A stretch of 35,130 nucleotides of DNA from Bacteroidales bacterium (GCA_015489395.1 WFZV01000046.1:1-35130); one strand, 5' to 3'. Shown: positions 1-9,839, counted from the first letter of the stretch. Numbers and translations are program-made. Notes: generated by a model not told the origin, from the sequence alone.

Positions 1-10
1 AAATGAGGTT

Positions 11-736
11 ATGAACTTTAGGCAGATAGCGCTAAATAAGATTTTGTTTTTGGATATCGAGACGGTTCCGGCTTTTGAGTCGTATGAACAGATGCCAGAT
101 GATTGGAAGCGGTTGTGGGATAAGAAGGCGAGTTTTATTAATCGTGATGGGGTGGAGGATGCTGAGTTTTATCATCAGGCTGGGATTTATGCGGAATTTG
201 GTAAGATTGTCGCTATTTCGGTAGCTTTTATAACGCAGCAGCGGCAGTTGAGAGTTAAGTCGTTTTATGGTGAGGATGAAAGCTGCATTTTAGAGAATTT
301 TAAGCAGTTAGTTGAGAAGCATTTTTCGGGTAAAGATTCGTATTTGTGTGCGCATAATGGTAAGGAGTTTGATTTTCCGTATATAGCACGGCGGATGTTG
401 GTCAATGGTATTTCGTTGCCGTCAGTTTTAGACACGCATGGTCGTAAGCCGTGGGAGACAAGGTTTCTCGATACTATGGAGCTATGGAAATTTGGTGATT
501 ACAAGCATTTTACGTCGTTGGAGTTGTTGGCAAAGCTTTTTGAGCTTCCAAGTCCGAAGGCAGATATTTCGGGTGAGGATGTATGGAAGATTTATTGGCA
601 GGACAAAGAGGTAGAGCGTATAGCAGAGTATTGTGAGAAAGATACGGTTTCGGTTGCGCAGATTTTTTTGAGGTTTAGGGGGGAGGAGGTTATTCCGCAG
701 GAGGATATAGTAATTGCAGGCAGAGAAAAATGTTGA
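11..736 (+). CDS. 3'-5' exonuclease, PolB-like DEDDy family (standalone)
   Basis: ExoI LFLDIETVP, ExoII AHNGKEFDFPY and ExoIII YCEKD motifs; 241 aa. Confidence 0.9.
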   Translation: MNFRQIALNKILFLDIETVPAFESYEQMPDDWKRLWDKKASFINRDGVEDAEFYHQAGIYAEFGKIVAISVAFITQQRQLRVKSFYGEDESCILENFKQLVEKHFSGKDSYLCAHNGKEFDFPYIARRMLVNGISLPSVLDTHGRKPWETRFLDTMELWKFGDYKHFTSLELLAKLFELPSPKADISGEDVWKIYWQDKEVERIAEYCEKDTVSVAQIFLRFRGEEVIPQEDIVIAGREKC

Positions 737-1397
737 TGTTCAGAATTTATCGTGTGGTTTTTAGTTTTTAGATTGTTTTAGTTTTTGTGTATGATATTAT
801 TGTTGTTTTTTTGTCAGTGATTTTGCTTTTTTCGAAATATTTAGTCATATAGTTATCCGCAAGTGTTGTATTTATCTTTTTTTGTAATTTAATGGTTTTG
901 GTTTTGTTCAAAGTATTTTATCGTGTAGTGGAAGCTTTAGTTTATTTAGTTTTTTTGCCCTCCTTGTAGTAAGTTTAGCTTTCCTTTGATTTGGCTGGTT
1001 TAAAGAAGTTTTCGCATTAAGTCAAAGTTTATCTGTGTGGCTTGTTTTTTTCGTAAAAAACATGAGAGTAGTTTGAAGTAGTTTTTGATTTTTTGTAAAA
1101 ATTAAGTTACAGGATTTGTTTGGTAAGTAAAAAAGTACGTGCTTATGATTTTTGTGTATGACGTTTTTTCCAAAGTTTTTTAGTAATAGCGTTAGATTTC
1201 CTGTCTAAAAACGAGGGGTAATGGATTTGTTGAGATGTTGCAAAATTTGCAGCAAAAAAGCTAAAGTTTTTCGTGAATACCCGCCTAATTTAGCCATTTT
1301 CCGGATTGTTAGGTGATGAAAGTTTTTGTCTAAGATGGTAAATTTGGGCAAGTATCTGGAAATTTTCGTTAATGGAACGAGGTGTTTTTTAGAAACG

Positions 1398-1425
1398 AAA
1401 AGCGGGCTGGCATTTGCCAGCCCGC
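1398..1425 (-). terminator. Intrinsic terminator directly after tRNA-Glu
   Basis: Perfect 10-bp stem GCGGGCTGGC/GCCAGCCCGC (1402-1411/1416-1425) with a 4-nt loop, followed on the - strand by TTTTCGTTT. Confidence 0.85.
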
Positions 1426-1426
1426 C

Positions 1427-1502
1427 TGGCACCCGGTACGGGACTTGAACCCGTGACCTCCAGGTTGAAAACCTGGCGTCCTAACCACTAGACGAACCGG
1501 GC
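1427..1502 (-). tRNA. tRNA-Glu (anticodon UUC), CCA encoded
   Basis: Reverse complement GCCCGGTTCGTCTAGTGGTTAGGACGCCAGGTTTTCAACCTGGAGGTCACGGGTTCAAGTCCCGTACCGGGTGCCA folds as a cloverleaf; anticodon stem CCAGG/CCTGG with loop TTTTCAA; T-loop GTTCAAGT; 76 nt. Confidence 0.97.
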
Positions 1503-1521
1503 GCTTATTTCAAAAGCACTG

Positions 1522-1553
1522 CAAAGATAAAATTATCGGATTTATGTCACAAA
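1522..1553 (-). promoter_or_regulatory. Bacteroidota primary-sigma promoter for tRNA-Glu
   Basis: -7 TATCTTTG (1529-1522) and -33 TTTG (1553-1550) with a 20-nt spacer, matching the TTTG-N19-21-TAnnTTTG consensus. Confidence 0.8.
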
Positions 1554-1574
1554 TGCTTTAACGTTTTTTTATAA

Positions 1575-2624
1575 TTAAACTATCCGTCCTTCGCCAAAAA
1601 ATGTTTCTAATGAATTTTGTACGTTTAAATTTATATTTTCGATGTAAACTTCGAGGATTTTCGATTTTTCGAATGGTAAAAGCTTGACTTCTGAGAATTC
1701 AGCAGGTAGAAGGACTGTCTGACCTTTTTTAAGTTCAATGCGCTGCTTTTTGTAATATTCCAGTGCAAAATATCCTTCGACAACGATATAAATTACAAAT
1801 GAGTCGAGGGCCAGGTAGTTTTTTTCGATTATTCGGTTAAATTCAAGGAGATTTGTTGTAAAATGTTCGCAACTTACCAGTTGTACCGTTTTGTTAAGTT
1901 CAGGTTTGTAGCTGATTTTGTAATTGTCGTAAGCTTTATAGTCAATTACGTCTATTGCCAGGTCAACGTGTAAAGGACGAGGTTTGCCGTCCAGACCTAC
2001 CCGTCCCCAATCGTACAAGCGATAAGTAATATCAGAAGTTTCCTGGATTTCGGCAACTACAATGCCTTTGCTTAAAGCGTGAACGCGGCCAGGGGGAATA
2101 AAGAAGACATCGCCTGGTTTTACTGTTTCGACGTTCAAATGCTCAGCAATAGTTCCGTCGTCCAGTGATTTAAGCAATGTTTGCCGGTCCATGTCGTGTT
2201 TCCAGCCCATATAGAGTTTAGCGTCAGGCTCAGCGTGAATTACGTACCACATTTCTGTTTTTCCGTAAGCATAATGTCGAAATTTAGCAGTATGGTCGTC
2301 GGGGTGAACCTGTACAGAGAGGGTGTCGTTGGCATCGATAAATTTAATCAGTAAAGGGAATTCAATGCCGTATTTGTAATAGACTTTATCGCCGACCAGG
2401 TCTGTCAGGTATGTTTCAATGATTTCCTGTAGGTTATTTCCGGCCAGGAATCCGTTTTCAGCAATAGAAATATTGTCTTGCACTGCGGATATTTCCCAGC
2501 TTTCGCCGATTGGTTTAGTAGGGTCGCAGTTTTTGTTGAGAATTGTACAAAGGCGGTTGCCGCCCCAAACTTTTTCTTTGAAAATAGGTTTAAATTGTAT
2601 TGGGTAAAGCTGATGTACTTTCAT
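1575..2624 (-). CDS. manA: Mannose-6-phosphate isomerase, class I
   Basis: KVWGG, IGESWEIS, FPLLIKFIDANDTLSVQVHP, GKTEMWY, HAL and EIQETSDITYRLYDW motifs. Confidence 0.92.
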   Translation of the reverse strand: MKVHQLYPIQFKPIFKEKVWGGNRLCTILNKNCDPTKPIGESWEISAVQDNISIAENGFLAGNNLQEIIETYLTDLVGDKVYYKYGIEFPLLIKFIDANDTLSVQVHPDDHTAKFRHYAYGKTEMWYVIHAEPDAKLYMGWKHDMDRQTLLKSLDDGTIAEHLNVETVKPGDVFFIPPGRVHALSKGIVVAEIQETSDITYRLYDWGRVGLDGKPRPLHVDLAIDVIDYKAYDNYKISYKPELNKTVQLVSCEHFTTNLLEFNRIIEKNYLALDSFVIYIVVEGYFALEYYKKQRIELKKGQTVLLPAEFSEVKLLPFEKSKILEVYIENINLNVQNSLETFFGEGRIV

Positions 2625-2639
2625 GTCAAAGTTTTTAAG

Positions 2640-4478
2640 TTATTCAACAGTAACTGATTTAGCCAGATTCCGTGGTTGATCTACGTCGTTACCGCGAAGT
2701 ACAGCTGCATGATAAGCCAGCAGTTGCAATGGTACAACTGCCAGTAACGGGGTTAATTCTTCGGGGACTTCTGGTATTTCGATAATGTGATCGGCCAATT
2801 TAGACGCGATTTCATCGCCTTCTGTTACAATAGCGATTACTTTACCGTGACGTGCTTTAACTTCTTTGATGTTGGATATAACTTTTTCGTAGATTTTATC
2901 TTTAGTAGCCAGGAAGACCACAGGCATATTTTCGTCAATCAGGGCTATAGGGCCGTGTTTCATTTCAGCGGCAGGGTATCCTTCGGCGTGAATGTATGAA
3001 ATTTCTTTGAGTTTAAGCGCGCCTTCTAAAGCAACGGGATAAAGGTATCCACGTCCTAAATACAGGAAGTTTGAAGCAGTTTGATATTTTTCTGCCAGTT
3101 GTTTTATATACTCGTTTTGGTCCAGAATTTTCTGTAATTTTTCGGGGATATGGTAAAGTTCCTGGGTAAGTTTTTTAAAACGTCCGTATGGTAAAACTTC
3201 TTTTTCGTAACCAAGCATTAAAGCCATCATTGTCAGGACAGTAACCTGCGCAGTAAAAGCTTTAGTAGAAGCTACGCCGATTTCTGGTCCTGCGTGAGTG
3301 TAAACTCCTGCGTGTGTTTCGCGTGGAATACTCGAACCAACGACGTTGCAGATGCCTAAAACTGTCGCTCCTTTTTCTTTTGCCAATTTGACAGCTTCCA
3401 GAGTATCAGCGGTTTCGCCGCTTTGGCTAATGGCAATTACAATGTCGTCCTTGTAAATGATAGGGTTACGGTACCGGAATTCAGAGCCATATTCTACTTC
3501 GACAGGTATACGGGCAAGGTTTTCGATTAAATATTCGCCGACTAAGCCTGCGTGCCAGGAAGTACCACAGCCGACAATGATCAGACGTTTAGCATTTAAG
3601 ATTTTATCCATAACATCGAGGAGACCGCCCAGTCGAATAGACGAAAAATCAGGAGCAATACGCCCGCGCATTGTATTGTGTAAAGCCTCAGGTTGTTCGA
3701 AAATTTCTTTAAGCATAAAATGATCAAAACCGTTTTTCTCAATGGCTTGAATGTCAAAGTCGATTTTTTGGATATCAGGTTTAAGTTTTTTATTGTCTAA
3801 AGTCTTAAGAATCAACTCGTCTTCTTTCAAAATCGCAATATTATCGTTGTTGAGGTAAATAACTTTGTCTGTATGTTCAACGATAGGAGTAGCGTCGGAG
3901 GCAATGAAATATTCATTTCTGCCAAGGCCAATAACCAGCGGGCTACTTTTTCGAGCGGCGATAAGTTTATCAGGTTCATTTTCAGCTAAAACAACTATAG
4001 CGTAAGCGCCGATAACTTTGGATAATGCCAGTCGCACAGCTAACTCAGCATCTGTTTCACCTTCGAGGTATATGTATTCGATCAGGTTAACCAGTACTTC
4101 AGTGTCAGTATCTGATTTAAAAGTATAGCCTTTTTCGATGAGAAATTTTTTGAGGTGGTTATAATTTTCTATGATACCGTTGTGTATCAGAGTGAAAAGT
4201 CCGTTTTGCGAAGTATGCGGATGAGCGTTTTGGTCGTTAGGTTCGCCGTGTGTAGCCCAACGAGTGTGTCCAATTCCAATAGTTCCCTGAATGTTAAGAT
4301 GTTTAGTTTCAGCTTCTAAATCGCTGACTTTTCCTTTTTTTTTGAAAACTTTTATTCCCTGGTCAGTGACAATTGCAATTCCAGCAGAGTCGTAGCCTCT
4401 GTATTCCAATCGTTTGAGGCCATTTATAAGGATAGGATATGCTTGTCTTCGTCCAATATAGCCAACTATTCCGCACAT
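2640..4478 (-). CDS. glmS: Glutamine-fructose-6-phosphate transaminase (isomerizing)
   Basis: N-terminal MCGIVG, LEYRGYDSAG, GHTRWATHG, SQSGETADT and C-terminal PRNLAKSVTVE. Confidence 0.99.
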   Translation of the reverse strand: MCGIVGYIGRRQAYPILINGLKRLEYRGYDSAGIAIVTDQGIKVFKKKGKVSDLEAETKHLNIQGTIGIGHTRWATHGEPNDQNAHPHTSQNGLFTLIHNGIIENYNHLKKFLIEKGYTFKSDTDTEVLVNLIEYIYLEGETDAELAVRLALSKVIGAYAIVVLAENEPDKLIAARKSSPLVIGLGRNEYFIASDATPIVEHTDKVIYLNNDNIAILKEDELILKTLDNKKLKPDIQKIDFDIQAIEKNGFDHFMLKEIFEQPEALHNTMRGRIAPDFSSIRLGGLLDVMDKILNAKRLIIVGCGTSWHAGLVGEYLIENLARIPVEVEYGSEFRYRNPIIYKDDIVIAISQSGETADTLEAVKLAKEKGATVLGICNVVGSSIPRETHAGVYTHAGPEIGVASTKAFTAQVTVLTMMALMLGYEKEVLPYGRFKKLTQELYHIPEKLQKILDQNEYIKQLAEKYQTASNFLYLGRGYLYPVALEGALKLKEISYIHAEGYPAAEMKHGPIALIDENMPVVFLATKDKIYEKVISNIKEVKARHGKVIAIVTEGDEIASKLADHIIEIPEVPEELTPLLAVVPLQLLAYHAAVLRGNDVDQPRNLAKSVTVE

Positions 4479-4489
4479 AGCCCTTGAGT

Positions 4490-5800
4490 TTAATAATTAG
4501 AATAAAAAACAACTAATTTAAGAGGTTTCGAATTGTTTTGTGTCGTTAAGACTGCTCGTGTAAGCTGTTGATTGTCAAATAAATCTATAATTGAGTAAAT
4601 TAGAGTGTCCTGGTCTGGGTGGTTTATAATTTTTTGCAAAAGATGCGTGACATTAATTGAATAATGGTCAAATTGGAGTTGAAAGCCTTTATATTCAACG
4701 GTTTGACGGTTGAAATAATCAGCTAAAAATACAGGTTCAGCAGTAGAATCATCAGGTTTTCGACCGACAAGAAAGACTTGTTTAGGCGGCATGTAAGAGG
4801 TTTGCTCAGTATATTGTGGGTTTTCAAGTTGGAGAATTAATTCAGCTTTATGTATAACTTTATTTTTCAAAGCATTAATATACGGAAAACTAACGTCGAT
4901 AGCTGTGCCTGCAGTTTGTAAATAAACGACAGAATCGTTATTTGAATTAAAAATGTTGGTATTGGAATAATCATGTTCTATTAACGTAAAATATTTACTC
5001 ATTCCACTTGAAGGTAATTTATATAAATAAGATGTATCCGACACAGTATCAGGGTGATAGTAAATGTATAAACCAGACGTCAGCTGGTCAACAGTAATGT
5101 GTGGATTAATAACTGCCGGGAAGGGTATTTTATAAATAGCTGCGTCGTAAAAATTTCTACCAGGAGTTATTATAAATCCAGGAAATCGGTCAGTGAAATG
5201 AGCTGAATCGTTAAAAAAGTAGTAATCAGCACTATCGATGAATTTGTATGCTAAAGATTTATCAATATAGATTTTAAGAATGGTATCGCTTTCAATATTG
5301 AAGATGCTGAATTCAGTATATCCCAGAGTGTCGCTAAAGTCTGTAAATTCTGTGATAGAATCGTCGGCATAGATGCGCCTTGTGATACTTATCGGTTCTT
5401 TGATTGGAAAAACGTAAAGCGGTAATGGATTATAGATTTTACCATAAGGAGTGTAACCAGGGTCTAATTTAAGCATTAAAAAAACTGAGTCAACTGTATA
5501 AGTTACAGCTGAGTCAGTAAAATCCGGATAAGAAAATTGTTGAATCTGTATGCCTATAGAAGTTTTGGTATATCCGAAAATTGGGTCTTTATACGAACCA
5601 ATGAGTACAGCTTCCTTACCCATAGTCTGGATATGCGTATAAGGGCGAGTGTGAACGTTAACTGTGAAAGTATCTGCAAAATTGGTGTTGATAAGGTCTT
5701 GCTCTGGTAAAATATTTAAACCAAAATCTTGATGTTTATCGCATGAGAAAGTAAAAGTCAATAATAACGCAAATAGAATAGGCAAAAAAAATTTGTTCAT
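4490..5800 (-). CDS. DUF4270-family lipoprotein
   Basis: Start moved to ATG 5800 (MNKFFLPILFALLLTFTFSC, lipobox); IGSYKDPIFG motif; lies between the glycogen-synthase-domain gene and glmS, as is usual in Bacteroidota. Confidence 0.75.
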   Translation of the reverse strand: MNKFFLPILFALLLTFTFSCDKHQDFGLNILPEQDLINTNFADTFTVNVHTRPYTHIQTMGKEAVLIGSYKDPIFGYTKTSIGIQIQQFSYPDFTDSAVTYTVDSVFLMLKLDPGYTPYGKIYNPLPLYVFPIKEPISITRRIYADDSITEFTDFSDTLGYTEFSIFNIESDTILKIYIDKSLAYKFIDSADYYFFNDSAHFTDRFPGFIITPGRNFYDAAIYKIPFPAVINPHITVDQLTSGLYIYYHPDTVSDTSYLYKLPSSGMSKYFTLIEHDYSNTNIFNSNNDSVVYLQTAGTAIDVSFPYINALKNKVIHKAELILQLENPQYTEQTSYMPPKQVFLVGRKPDDSTAEPVFLADYFNRQTVEYKGFQLQFDHYSINVTHLLQKIINHPDQDTLIYSIIDLFDNQQLTRAVLTTQNNSKPLKLVVFYSNY

Positions 5801-5840
5801 TGAATTGTATTTTAAATTTTCTAATTCCAAAATTGTCCTG

Positions 5841-6650
5841 CTAAGCTAAAAGATTATCGAAAAATTCAGAATATTTTTCAACAATTTTTTCTTCTGGTAC
5901 GAAAGGTAAAACTGTTTTCTTTTGTTTTTCAATGAATTCCAAAATTTCAGGATCGATATTTTCTGATGCTAAAACGACAGCATCACTGTATTTGATAGCT
6001 AATTTTGTAAGATTTTGGTAAGTAGGGTTTTTGACTAAATCTAAATCTTTGTCGGTGATTATGTCGAATTTGGCTTTTGATTTGAATTGCTTGTTTAGAG
6101 GCTCATCGAATCCATTATCATAAATTGTATATACGACTTTGCTGTGTTTATAAATAGGGTCTTCTTGATATGCTTTTTTGACGTATAATGGAACTAAAGC
6201 ACCGAGCCAGCCATGGACATTGACTATATCAGGCTCCCAGCGAAGTTTTTTGACAGTTTCCAGTACCCCGCGAGAAAAGAAAATAATCCGTTCGTCATTG
6301 TCCTTGAAAAAGTTGCCATTTTCGTCTTTAACCATAGCTTTGCGATGGAAGTAATCTTCGTTGTCTATAAAGTAAATTTGCATTCTTGCTGAGGGAATTG
6401 AAGCAACTTTGATGATGAGGGAGTGGTCTGTATCATTGACAATTACGTTCATCCCAGAAAGTCGGATAACTTCGTGCAATTGGTGTCTTCGCTCTTTAAT
6501 TATACCATATCGAGGCATAAAAACGCGGATTTCTTTGCCTTTTTCCTGTATCCCTTGCGGGAGAATGCGACCTACTTTAGACATAAAAGTCTCGGGGACA
6601 TATGGGGTAATTTCTTGCATTACAAAAAGAACCTTTTTTTTATTAGCCAT
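5841..6650 (-). CDS. Glycogen/starch synthase catalytic-domain protein (GT5 N-terminal domain only, Bacteroidota type)
   Basis: Start moved to ATG 6650 (MANKKKVLFVMQEITPY); IRVFMPRYG, LHEVIRLSGMN and DNDER..FF.RGVLETVKKLRW.PDIV..HGW motifs; 269 aa. Confidence 0.88.
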   Translation of the reverse strand: MANKKKVLFVMQEITPYVPETFMSKVGRILPQGIQEKGKEIRVFMPRYGIIKERRHQLHEVIRLSGMNVIVNDTDHSLIIKVASIPSARMQIYFIDNEDYFHRKAMVKDENGNFFKDNDERIIFFSRGVLETVKKLRWEPDIVNVHGWLGALVPLYVKKAYQEDPIYKHSKVVYTIYDNGFDEPLNKQFKSKAKFDIITDKDLDLVKNPTYQNLTKLAIKYSDAVVLASENIDPEILEFIEKQKKTVLPFVPEEKIVEKYSEFFDNLLA

Positions 6651-6715
6651 AACACAAAATTTTTTATTCTTCAAAAAAACAAGGCATAAAAAGCCTGAAA
6701 ATGCTTTAACTTTAG

Positions 6716-6723
6716 CAAAGTTA
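6716..6723 (-). promoter_or_regulatory. Putative -7 promoter element for the GT5-DUF4270-glmS-manA operon
   Basis: TAACTTTG on the - strand, about 65 nt upstream of ATG 6650. Confidence 0.55.
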
Positions 6724-6853
6724 ATATTTTTTTCGGTAAAAACTTGTTGATTAACATTTTTTTTCTTTACACTCAAATTTAATTTGGGCTAAAACAGTTC
6801 GCTTTCTAAAAAATAAATCCTATTTTTGATAAAAATTTTAAATTTCTTTTGTG

Positions 6854-7456
6854 ATGAAAAAGTTTATTACATTATTAACTATATCCGCCATTTTATTTGT
6901 TTTTAATCATAGTCTTCTTGCTCAAACTGTAACAGTCGATACAAATCAGGCAACAGATTCGACAAAAATCGATACTACGCAAAGCCAGCCAGTTGCTGTA
7001 ATGCCAATAAAAGGGATTTCACCAACAGAAATAGGCGATTATATTTTGAATTTGTCCAGATTGTTGTTTTGGGAAAAATATAAGGAATCGTTCATTATTG
7101 GAGTGACAGACAGTAGATTGGAGTATTTTTTGACAAAATATTTTGCAGATAGGACTTTACATGGTTTGCCAGTAAAAGTCGTTCTGGTAAATGCCAATAC
7201 ATTGCCCTGGGCCAACATTATTTTCCTGTCGAAAAAAAATAGAGATTTAATACCTAAGTTACAGTCTGCTTATTCAAGGACTCAGACTGTCATTATCTCT
7301 GAAGCCCCACAGGATATTGCATATTTTTCGTTTTCATTGGTAATGATTAAAATTCCTTCAGGGGATTTAATACACACTTATCGTTATAATCCAATGCGGT
7401 TGAAAGCCAAAGGCGTTTATGTTTTGCCAGAGATAAAAGCTTATGGCATACGATGA
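6854..7456 (+). CDS. Exported YfiR/HmsC-like (DUF4154) protein
   Basis: Signal peptide and T/D-rich linker, then YILNLSRLLFW...FIIGV...IIFLS...VIISE, resembling the YfiR family pattern; divergent. Confidence 0.55.
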   Translation: MKKFITLLTISAILFVFNHSLLAQTVTVDTNQATDSTKIDTTQSQPVAVMPIKGISPTEIGDYILNLSRLLFWEKYKESFIIGVTDSRLEYFLTKYFADRTLHGLPVKVVLVNANTLPWANIIFLSKKNRDLIPKLQSAYSRTQTVIISEAPQDIAYFSFSLVMIKIPSGDLIHTYRYNPMRLKAKGVYVLPEIKAYGIR

Positions 7457-8132
7457 ACAAATAAAGCTTCCAAAGCATTTGCAGGAGCTTATTGAGCAGC
7501 GAGAGGGACTTCAGCTGGATTTTAAATTCGAGGTTTCCGATTTGTCTAAGATTGCAAGGAGCATAGTTGCTTTTGCAAATACTAAGGGTGGAATTTTGCT
7601 TATAGGTGTTAAGGATAATGGTAAAATCGCAGGTGTACAGTCTGAGGAGGAATTGTATATGATTCAGGCTGCAGCGAGGATGTATTGCCGTCCTTCGGTA
7701 GATTTTTATTTTCGTTCGTGGCAAGTCAAGAAAAAGACAGTTTTAGAAGTTATTATACCCGAAAGTAAGCATAAGCCACATTATGCAAAAGATAGCCAGG
7801 GGCGTTGGAAGGCTTATGTCCGTGTTAATGATAAAAATTTTTTAGTTAATAACGTGCAGCTTCGAGTGTGGCGCAGCCAATTTAAGTCGAGGCAATCAGT
7901 GAATATAAGATTTGACCGAAAGGAGGACGTGTTGTTGAGATACCTTCGTTCGCATGATTTTATTACTTTCCGTAAGTTTTGCCAGCTCGCTAAAATCCCG
8001 CCAAAAGTAGCAGAGGACGTACTTGTGGATTTAATTTTGATAGATGTTTTAAAAATCAATTATTCAGATACGGGCGTGGTTAGGTATTCATTGCAAGATG
8101 ATACATTATCAGAAAGCAGTTTGTCTGATTAA
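7443..8132 (+). CDS. AlbA_2 (Schlafen-like) domain protein with C-terminal winged-HTH-like region
   Basis: EGLQLDFK and IVAFANTKGGILLIGVKDNG AlbA_2 motifs; C-terminal FITFRKFCQLAKIP helix-turn-helix pattern. Confidence 0.85.
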   Translation: MAYDEQIKLPKHLQELIEQREGLQLDFKFEVSDLSKIARSIVAFANTKGGILLIGVKDNGKIAGVQSEEELYMIQAAARMYCRPSVDFYFRSWQVKKKTVLEVIIPESKHKPHYAKDSQGRWKAYVRVNDKNFLVNNVQLRVWRSQFKSRQSVNIRFDRKEDVLLRYLRSHDFITFRKFCQLAKIPPKVAEDVLVDLILIDVLKINYSDTGVVRYSLQDDTLSESSLSD

Positions 8133-8242
8133 AGCGATAGTTTAATATTGAAATTTTGGCGATATTTATATTTTTTTTCGCCTGACAACCACAAAAGTTT
8201 TTATCAGTTTTGGGTTGATAGTAATTAAATATTTTAAAAGTT

Positions 8243-8632
8243 TTATTTCATAAGCTTAGGTGGCAGCCCAAGCCTCAGTTTTAAACGTTTGATTGTCTCA
8301 TCCCATAGTTTTTGTAAATCTTCTGCATCTTCTTCATTTTCAGCGAAATCTGTTATTTTTAGGGAAGTGTCTTTACTGAGTTTATTGTAAACAAGTTTTA
8401 ATTCAGTGTATTTTTCTTCTTCGTCGATCCAATCAAATTTTACGTAGTAATTTTCGTGGTTAATTTGTACAATTGCATCCATGCGGTAGTCTGCCCATTT
8501 GAAAATGAACATATTGTCCATAACGTCGACATCCTGGGCAAACCAGCCCGCAAGTCCAGAAGGTGTGCTAATTTGTTTGAAAAGAATCTTGGGCGTAGTG
8601 TGAAAGATGTATTCAAGCTCTAATTTTATCAT
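8243..8632 (-). CDS. START-like (START_2/SRPBCC) domain protein
   Basis: LEY....P.ILF..ISTPSGLAGWFA.DV, F.F.W, LKITDFAE and LWD..I.RLK..LG patterns of the Bacteroidota START-like family. Confidence 0.85.
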   Translation of the reverse strand: MIKLELEYIFHTTPKILFKQISTPSGLAGWFAQDVDVMDNMFIFKWADYRMDAIVQINHENYYVKFDWIDEEEKYTELKLVYNKLSKDTSLKITDFAENEEDAEDLQKLWDETIKRLKLRLGLPPKLMK

Positions 8633-8732
8633 AGTAAATGATTATTAATTAGTTGACAAGTTATATTTTTTTGGGCAAATTCCAAAATTTTGCCAGAAAA
8701 AAGTTATTTTTGAATAAAAAAGCTTTTTAGCC

Positions 8733-9839
8733 ATGTCAAAAGCAAAGTTTTGGGCGCTGGCAATTTTAATGGTTACGTTTTTTATTGGTTGCCAGCCGTC
8801 TAAAGTACAAAAAAATCGAGAAAAAATACGAAATTTTGTTGATACAGTTGGCTTTGCACATAAAAGCTGGCAATTGGATTCTGTTTTAGCTCGTACATAC
8901 CGAAATTTCGGACAGTTGATAAAGCAGCGGGAAGATAGCCTGGGTCTGGATTCGCAGGTAGTATGGAAAGTTGTAATTAGTCCGCATGATGATCATGCTT
9001 ATGTTTCGTACCTGTACCCGTTGCTGTTGAAGCATGTCAGGGCCAGGACTTTAATAATTTTCGGCGTAGCGCATAAAGCATGGAAATTTGGCTTACGTGA
9101 TAGTTTGATTTTCGGTACTTTTGATTATTGGCGTGGAGCTTATGGTAATATAAAAATTTCGCCATTGCGAGACACCATACTGCAGCGTTTACCGAAAAAG
9201 GATTATATTGTGCATGATTCGATGATGGCAGTCGAGCATTCTATTGAAGCATTTTTGCCATATTTACAGAAATTAGACCGTAAAGACATTGAGATTGTGC
9301 CGATTTTGGTACCTTATATGAAATATGAGCGTATGAAACAAATTGCCCAGGATTTATCAGATGTTTTAGCGCAAATCGTAAAGAATAGGCATTGGCAATG
9401 GGGTAAAGATTTTGCGATAATCATCAGTACTGACGCTGTACATTATGGTGATCAGGGCTGGGGTGGTGAGAATTTAGCTTATTATGGCGCAGATTCCGCA
9501 GGTTATCGAAAAGCTGTGCAGCACGAACATGAAATTATTTCGACAATTATCGGGGAATTAGACACAAGTGGTATTCACCAGTTTGTTCATTACACGGTCC
9601 AGGACACAAATTATATGAAATATCGTTGGACATGGTGCGGGCGGTATAGTGTACCGTTTGGCCTTTTGACCAGTTATTATTTATCGAAAAAATTAGGTGT
9701 AACGCTGCATGGAATTTTAGTTGGTTACGCAAACAGTATTGATCATAAAATGCTGCGGGTTAAAGATTTAGGTATGGACACGACAGCAGTGGCAAATATT
9801 CATCATTGGGTCGGTTATGCAGCAATTGGCTATAGATAA
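8733..9839 (+). CDS. MEMO1/AmmeMemoRadiSam protein B homologue with lipoprotein signal
   Basis: ISPHDDHAY, GVAH, EHSIE, ISTDAVHYG and WCG motifs align to the Memo fold; N-terminal MSKAKFWALAILMVTFFIGC lipobox. Confidence 0.8.
   Translation: MSKAKFWALAILMVTFFIGCQPSKVQKNREKIRNFVDTVGFAHKSWQLDSVLARTYRNFGQLIKQREDSLGLDSQVVWKVVISPHDDHAYVSYLYPLLLKHVRARTLIIFGVAHKAWKFGLRDSLIFGTFDYWRGAYGNIKISPLRDTILQRLPKKDYIVHDSMMAVEHSIEAFLPYLQKLDRKDIEIVPILVPYMKYERMKQIAQDLSDVLAQIVKNRHWQWGKDFAIIISTDAVHYGDQGWGGENLAYYGADSAGYRKAVQHEHEIISTIIGELDTSGIHQFVHYTVQDTNYMKYRWTWCGRYSVPFGLLTSYYLSKKLGVTLHGILVGYANSIDHKMLRVKDLGMDTTAVANIHHWVGYAAIGYR

Noticed and set aside
853-861. DnaA-box-like TTATCCGCA in the long AT-rich spacer (possible oriC)
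   Set aside because: Only one mismatched box, with no cluster of boxes and no origin-linked genes nearby.
1205-1432. 75-aa ORF on the - strand
   Set aside because: It starts inside the tRNA 3' end and runs through its terminator, with no protein-like features.
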